From an uncultured Clostridia bacterium (GTDB taxonomy: Bacteria; Bacillota; Clostridia; Oscillospirales; CAG-272): DNA of 64,000 bases. Below the pieces are notes generated by a model. That model saw nothing but the letters and a program-made list of their open reading frames with translations. It did not search any database and was not told the origin of the DNA. Shown here piece after piece: positions 59,023 through 64,000 of this stretch. The translations under genes were made by a program, and so were the position numbers. The stretch lies in contig CAOKAC010000009.1 in assembly GCA_948466345.1 (NCBI GenBank), positions 1,832 to 65,831 of the forward strand. The letters are read 5' to 3'. How positions within the stretch are numbered: the first letter of the stretch is position 1; every line of letters starts with the position of its first letter.

Positions 59023-60573
59023 TCACCTGCCTTCCGCCAATTTGTATGTTCCATCTGCAACGAGCTTGTCGCCTTCCAGATGGAGCGTTCGCTGTACAAG
59101 AAATACATCTTTTCCATTAATCAAAATCCGGTCGCCGGTATGAATATTGTTGTCCATAACGGCTTTGGCATTGTAAAACTCCGAATGGAAATAATATTTA
59201 GCGTATAGATCCCGCAATGTGTTAAAATGCTTGTACGCCGTATCCGCGCCCACTCCGGTTACACGCATGGCGCTCGTATCCAGCACCAGTTCCGCCGCGC
59301 TGCCGGAATACGCCGTATTTCTCAAGGAATGTGTCTCCGCTTCCTCATCATCCGCCTTATACTTGATCGTCAAAGTACGATACGGCTCCCGCAGTTCCGT
59401 ACTGTCGCCGCTGAATACCTGCACCTCCGGAATGATTTTCGGCCTGCTCATCCCTCGGTCAGTTGGATCTACTGGGGGTGCCTCCAAAGCGTCCTTTGTA
59501 GATTTAATCAAAATTCCATCGGAACGGCTGGTATCCACATACGCCCCGGCGGCAAGACACAATACGGTAAGCGCTTCTCTTTTCGTCATCTCTTTTTCAA
59601 AAGCACCCATAATCTGCATATCCAACATAGATGCGTCAGACTCCGGATCCAAAGCAACGGAAGATTGTCCTGCGTCCTCTCCATCGGATAAAATCCTTTT
59701 TATCCAATCGGTCAATGTCTTGTTCACAGAAGATATAGGCTTTATTTTAGACTTGTCCAGCTTGGACAGAATATCGTTGCCGGTTATGGAAATGCGCTGC
59801 CCCTGTATTTTTAAATCCGTTACATGGTGTTTTGCAATCCGCTCTCCGCCATACCAGATTTCAAAATCCTGCTGTTCCTGAAAGGTTGCCTCCGGATCCG
59901 CCCAAAGCACCACGCTGCTGGTATTGACCTGCAGCTGATCCGCCACCAAATTTACATTTTCCGTTACAGAAGCAGAAAGAACAGCGTCCCCTTCATATAC
60001 TTCCTCGTGGCCGTAATCGATCCGGCATAGCCGTGCCCATCTGTGGCCAAACGACCAGCTTTTAAAGACAATATCAAGCTGCACATATCCCTCTACCTTC
60101 TTTTTACAGAAAAATACGTTGCTGTCCGGATAAAACGTCTCCGTAACCGTTTTCTCTTCCTCCCCCGGAGCAGTCGCCAAATGCCAGACAAGCTCTACCT
60201 CGGCAGCATACTCCTCTTCTATAGGCGAAAAAAACAAAGTGATTCCGTCAGATGTAATCGGAAATCTTGCCCTTCCTTCCTCCATGTCAAACATACGAAT
60301 TGTAAGAACAGGATAATACCTAAATTCACCGGTGCTGTCACACATGTCCTCACTGATATAGCCTACGCTTTCCGTTATATCGTCTCCCAGACAGTAAAAC
60401 GGATATCCCACATCGCTGCTCATGTACTGTTCTTCAAAAGAAGCCAGCCGCCGGGGGATGCTGTCGTCCTGCAAGTCTTCCAGCCGGGCAAATGGACTTA
60501 TATTATCGCTCGAAATTCTGGTACTTTTTTTATCAATGAGCGCATAGTTTTTATAAATGATTTTAGCACCCAT
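59023..60573 (-). CDS. Putative baseplate hub/tail protein
   Basis: Position after the Dit-like gene; 516 aa; TKREAL..L..AAG.YV. Confidence 0.5.
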   Translation of the reverse strand: MGAKIIYKNYALIDKKSTRISSDNISPFARLEDLQDDSIPRRLASFEEQYMSSDVGYPFYCLGDDITESVGYISEDMCDSTGEFRYYPVLTIRMFDMEEGRARFPITSDGITLFFSPIEEEYAAEVELVWHLATAPGEEEKTVTETFYPDSNVFFCKKKVEGYVQLDIVFKSWSFGHRWARLCRIDYGHEEVYEGDAVLSASVTENVNLVADQLQVNTSSVVLWADPEATFQEQQDFEIWYGGERIAKHHVTDLKIQGQRISITGNDILSKLDKSKIKPISSVNKTLTDWIKRILSDGEDAGQSSVALDPESDASMLDMQIMGAFEKEMTKREALTVLCLAAGAYVDTSRSDGILIKSTKDALEAPPVDPTDRGMSRPKIIPEVQVFSGDSTELREPYRTLTIKYKADDEEAETHSLRNTAYSGSAAELVLDTSAMRVTGVGADTAYKHFNTLRDLYAKYYFHSEFYNAKAVMDNNIHTGDRILINGKDVFLVQRTLHLEGDKLVADGTYKLAEGR

Positions 60574-60578
60574 TGGCC

Positions 60579-60959
60579 TTACCTCCTTTTGGCAGACTGC
60601 GGTACAATCTCAAAGGACAGGTCAAACCAGTAATTTTCACCGTCCCGTATAAAGCCTAGGGTATCCGACACGCTGGTTATGTACCCGATAAATGTATAGG
60701 TGGTTTGCCCGTAAGGCATTTCAAAAATATGAAACTCATCCGGCGATGTGAGAATTTCATACAGCGCATCGTACTGCTCCGGATGCAGCGCGGAAGTCTG
60801 CAGCTGTACCGAATAGTTATAAAAAGAACCGATTACCGACCGAATCGCCGTACCCGTAGTGGTGCTGCGGGCCGTTTCCCGCTCCTGCGCAGAAAACTTT
60901 CTGGACAGGGCTGTGACGCCCACGTCAAACTCTGTATTGTCGATTTTAAACATTACCAA
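60579..60959 (-). CDS. Putative distal tail (Dit)-like protein
   Basis: 126 aa, directly after the TMP-like gene; IGSFYNY..YDALYE.L..MPYGQ. Confidence 0.55.
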   Translation of the reverse strand: MVMFKIDNTEFDVGVTALSRKFSAQERETARSTTTGTAIRSVIGSFYNYSVQLQTSALHPEQYDALYEILTSPDEFHIFEMPYGQTTYTFIGYITSVSDTLGFIRDGENYWFDLSFEIVPQSAKRR

Positions 60960-62188
60960 ACACCTCCTGAAGCAAGGCGGACGCCTCGCTCTGCTTTTAC
61001 CGTTTCCATCATATCAAAGAGCACATTTTCCCGCACCTTTGCCTCTACGTTCAGGTAGATGGGCTGCTGGGTCTGCTCCGCGTTTGCACGGCGCACCGCG
61101 TCGTACACGCCTCCCGATACTGCCGCTACAATCTGGTCGTTGTTCATAACCACGTTCCGGCTTCCGAATGATCCTACAAACTCCGGTCCCGCTTCTCTAG
61201 CTACGAACAGTTCCCCGTATCCGGGAATACCTCCTTCGGCCAATGCCGGCAATCCTTTGCTTGCAGCAACAGCTTTTGCTATCACTTCTATTATAGTTAA
61301 AACTGTTTTTGCAATTTCTTTAATTTTTGATTCTTTTTTATTATCTGATATTTCATCGTCAAGTGTATTTAACGTTATTTTTATAATAATAGCTTCAGAC
61401 CAAGTACCAAAAGTTGCAATCCAAATACCCTTAGCTACATTCAAAATATCAACGATTGAACAAAAGATTTCAAAAAGTGACATAAAAATCTCTAAAGCGA
61501 TTATTGAAATATTTTCTATAACTTTTTTAATTTCTTCTTGTTTTTCTAGTATTAGGTCCATTCCTAAATTCATAGCTATTTTCATATCAAACAAATAATT
61601 AAATAATGATGAATCGATATTTTCTGACTGTGAACCTATTGCTGCCTCAATTGTTTTTATATGTGTTCCTATTGAATTTATTAAACTATTTGTATATTGA
61701 GGAAAATTCATATTTATTATTTCACATAAAATATTACAGCAATCCCTTAACATAAATATCACTTCGTTGGTTGATGACCTCAACAACTCTTGGTTCGCCA
61801 CAAGCATCCGTTCATTTATATTCGTACATAAAATTTCAAATCGAGCTGGAATGTCCCATGCAATAAGTGACAATAAGCTTTCCTGATTGTTCATAAAAGC
61901 TTCTGTTAACATATCACTTAGTTGATCCATTTTTCTTGGTACATCCCATCCTAAAAATGACTGAGCATATTCCTCCTGCGTATTAATGGATTCAGATAAA
62001 TTTATAGACAAATCTTCTGTTAAAATTGGTAAATTCCATTCCAACATAGCCTGGAGTATCTGACTGTTAAATATATCAAAATCCAAACTAAGTTTAAATT
62101 TTTCTACTAACAATGGTATCCATGTAGATATAATATTTAATAATTTTTCAGAATCATCATTTTTCAATCTTTCTGTGAATTCTGTCAT
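60953..62188 (-). CDS. Short tape-measure-like protein with AT-rich N-terminal part
   Basis: C-terminal LAEGG.P..GELFVAREAGPE.VG...NNDQIV.AVS.GVY motif typical of Firmicute phage TMPs; Trp-spaced helical repeats. Confidence 0.65.
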   Translation of the reverse strand: MTEFTERLKNDDSEKLLNIISTWIPLLVEKFKLSLDFDIFNSQILQAMLEWNLPILTEDLSINLSESINTQEEYAQSFLGWDVPRKMDQLSDMLTEAFMNNQESLLSLIAWDIPARFEILCTNINERMLVANQELLRSSTNEVIFMLRDCCNILCEIINMNFPQYTNSLINSIGTHIKTIEAAIGSQSENIDSSLFNYLFDMKIAMNLGMDLILEKQEEIKKVIENISIIALEIFMSLFEIFCSIVDILNVAKGIWIATFGTWSEAIIIKITLNTLDDEISDNKKESKIKEIAKTVLTIIEVIAKAVAASKGLPALAEGGIPGYGELFVAREAGPEFVGSFGSRNVVMNNDQIVAAVSGGVYDAVRRANAEQTQQPIYLNVEAKVRENVLFDMMETVKAERGVRLASGGVW

Positions 62189-62285
62189 TATAATTTCTCC
62201 TTTTTATACTTGATTTTTTTCTGCTTAAAGTTTATTATATGAATAGTACCTATTTAAATTATATTCTATGGAGGGAGACAATAAA

Positions 62286-63134
62286 ATGTACAAATTTTTT
62301 CGACAGTTTTTCCTTTTTCTTTTATGTATCACCTGTTTCCTTTTTTGCTCCAGTTGTAATCCCAACTCTTCATCAAAATTAGATACCAAGTTAAATACAA
62401 ATAACATATCAGAATTAAACATCCCTTATGAAGGTAAATCTCTAAAAATAACTGCTACTAATATAGTTGCAACTGATTTTTTATCTATATCAGAATTAAT
62501 GGATAGTCAAATAATAGTTGGGGTAAAATTTGAAATCGAAAATATATCTAACAGAGATTATTATGTAAAAGATGGTGAAACAGTAGAGGCATTAATTGAT
62601 AATGTTACCACATCAATATTCATGTTAAACCCTCTAGATCTTCTATCTAGTAAGGATAATGAATATTTATTAGAAAAAGCAATTGTTCCTGGAAGCCAAT
62701 CTGAAGGATATTGTTCTGTTGTTGCATCAAAAAAAACTAAAACGATTAATTTCCGATTTTTAGACGGTTATGACACCAATAATTATATTTATTTTACATT
62801 GGATATTCCGTCTATCAATACAGATTCAACAAACGCCCCTGATACCAGCAACATACCTGATACCAGCAACATACCTGATACCAGTAATATACCTGATAAT
62901 ACTGGTTTGTTAACCTTGGAAAAGTATAATCAAATTGAAATAGGTATGACATACAATGAAGTTAAAAAAATAATAGGAAGTGATGGTTCTTTGTCCATGG
63001 AATCAGGGTACAAGGGAACTGATAATTATATGGCCATTTATAGATGGGAATGTTTAGGAGATGGATCTGCTTCCCTAGGCTTTGGTGGAAAAGACGTTAA
63101 ACTTTATGCCAAAAAACAATATGGATTAAAATAA
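62286..63134 (+). CDS. AT-rich two-domain lipoprotein (C-terminal DUF3862/BLIP-like)
   Basis: RBS GGAGGG, lipobox CSSC; LTLEKYNQIEIGMTYNEVKKIIG. Confidence 0.7.
   Translation: MYKFFRQFFLFLLCITCFLFCSSCNPNSSSKLDTKLNTNNISELNIPYEGKSLKITATNIVATDFLSISELMDSQIIVGVKFEIENISNRDYYVKDGETVEALIDNVTTSIFMLNPLDLLSSKDNEYLLEKAIVPGSQSEGYCSVVASKKTKTINFRFLDGYDTNNYIYFTLDIPSINTDSTNAPDTSNIPDTSNIPDTSNIPDNTGLLTLEKYNQIEIGMTYNEVKKIIGSDGSLSMESGYKGTDNYMAIYRWECLGDGSASLGFGGKDVKLYAKKQYGLK
62838..62898 (+). repeat. 18-bp tandem repeat (about 3.4 copies) encoding a PDTSNI linker
   Basis: CCTGATACCAGCAACATA x2, CCTGATACCAGTAATATA, CCTGATA. Confidence 0.92.
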
Positions 63135-63145
63135 TCTCCTACCTT

Positions 63146-63170
63146 AAGCTGCACAACATGTGCAGCTTTT
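63146..63170 (+). terminator. Intrinsic terminator
   Basis: AAGCTGCACA-ACA-TGTGCAGCTT followed by a T-rich run. Confidence 0.75.
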
Positions 63171-63194
63171 CTTTTTATCTCCTCCTTTCTATGC

Positions 63195-63598
63195 AAACTT
63201 ACGCAATACGTAAAAAGAGAAATTGAAGTATATTTTGGCCAAAGGTGGCCAAGGCAACTGTCCGATCATACGAACCCCTCCCTTGGGCATCTTTGATCCT
63301 ATATGGAATGAGGCGTTCCGGATTGAAATCCCCGCCTTATAATTTGCATTTTACAACTTATTACCTATTGCGTAAGTTTTCAAATAAAAATTTATACCTT
63401 TGAAACACTACTGATATATTTGCTTGGAAACTAAATTTTCTATGTTATTGGTTTATTGTTAAATTGTACGCCAAACTTACCCAATGCGTAAGTTTGGTTT
63501 TGCTAGCACAAAACCTATATAGTATTTCACCTAACTGGAACAAGCTGTTCTATTTGGCTTTCTAAATTGCATCCATCTCTTACTTGTTGCATAAGTTT
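63195..63598. repeat. Four dispersed imperfect palindromes, consensus AAACTTAC-GCAnnnn-GTAAG
   Basis: Copies at 63195-63213, 63361-63379, 63471-63497 and 63579-63598. Confidence 0.8.
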
Positions 63599-63660
63599 TT
63601 TGGTTTTATTTTGATTCAGAAATTCAAATAAGTATAAAATTCACTTTTATTCTTTTATAA

Positions 63661-63689
63661 TTGACAAAATAATTCCAATATGATAAAAT
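63661..63689 (+). promoter_or_regulatory. SigA-type promoter
   Basis: TTGACA-17 nt-TAAAAT with extended TG. Confidence 0.75.
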
Positions 63690-63753
63690 AAAATTGTAAA
63701 ATTATACCATCCATACCATTTTGCATCATGCAGCATAATTAGGAGATATAATT

Positions 63754-64000
63754 ATGAAAAAAATTCTTTTGTTCCTGCTTGTTGTATCCTGTCTGTGGCT
63801 GTGTAGCTGCGAAATCTTTTCCGGCAGTACAAGGCAAACGATAGGAAACACAGAACAAGTTACAGAAGAAGATATTGAAAAAGAAACAGAAGAGACCACG
63901 GAAGAGGAATCCGTTGACGGACACACGCCGGATCAGCCGATTGCGATAGGTGAATATGTTTCAGTTCCTGCAAGCAAGGCAGACCTACAAATAAAGGTTA
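63754..64000 (+). CDS. Lipoprotein, 5' part (runs off the window)
   Basis: RBS AGGAG; MKKILLFLLVVSCLWLCSC lipobox, then an E/T-rich linker; open to the window end. Confidence 0.75.
   Translation, partial: MKKILLFLLVVSCLWLCSCEIFSGSTRQTIGNTEQVTEEDIEKETEETTEEESVDGHTPDQPIAIGEYVSVPASKADLQIKV

Larger units (their letters stand above)
54511..62188 (-). mobile_element. Phage-derived tail-tip gene module (7 genes; no head, lysin or integrase in the window)
   Basis: Siphovirus-like gene order: TMP-like, Dit-like, hub-like, Ig/FN3 protein, fibre, CBM-like protein, TM-coiled-coil protein. Confidence 0.75.

Noticed and set aside
151-61598. Many short antisense or overlapping ORFs in the six-frame track (e.g. 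27898-28497, 34247-35035, 59219-59881)
   Set aside because: They are shadows of well-supported genes on the opposite strand or another frame, without RBS or motifs
54511-62188. Complete prophage or classical tailocin
   Set aside because: No capsid, terminase, portal, tube, sheath, endolysin or integrase recognisable in the window
63214-63345. Small ORF between palindromes 1 and 2
   Set aside because: About 40 open codons but no convincing RBS/start and no recognisable motif
63195-63598. CRISPR array
   Set aside because: Repeats are degenerate and mixed in orientation, spacing is irregular and over 100 bp, and no cas genes are present

Overview
Chromosomal window of a spore-forming Firmicute (Clostridia; Oscillospirales-like by gene content, which is an inference). 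Positions 1-47.6 kb are mostly core and sporulation genes: spoIVB-sigG, spoIVA, a class A PBP, murB-whiA-dnaE, tyrS, the nusB-xseAB-ispA-tlyA-nadK-argR-recN run, ilvE, an Ala/Gly symporter under a glycine riboswitch, a GH43 gene followed by a divergent rnfCDGEAB cluster, and spoIIIAA-AH. Positions 47.7-64 kb look accessory: an ECF sigma/anti-sigma pair, a Shango-type anti-phage triad (TerB-domain protein, ATPase, Lhr-like helicase), an intact seven-gene phage tail-tip module, two lipoprotein genes and a cluster of four related palindromes. The tail module has no head, tube, lysin or integrase genes in view. The strongest leads are (1) this self-contained tail-tip operon, whose tape-measure-like gene is chimeric and is paired with an AT-rich lipoprotein gene and the palindromes, and (2) an Rnf complex whose RnfA has lost both canonical Fe-S cysteines and whose RnfG carries a long Thr/Pro tail. 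All calls come from motif recognition by eye; no searches were run. Several start codons were moved from the ORF track to the start that has an RBS.
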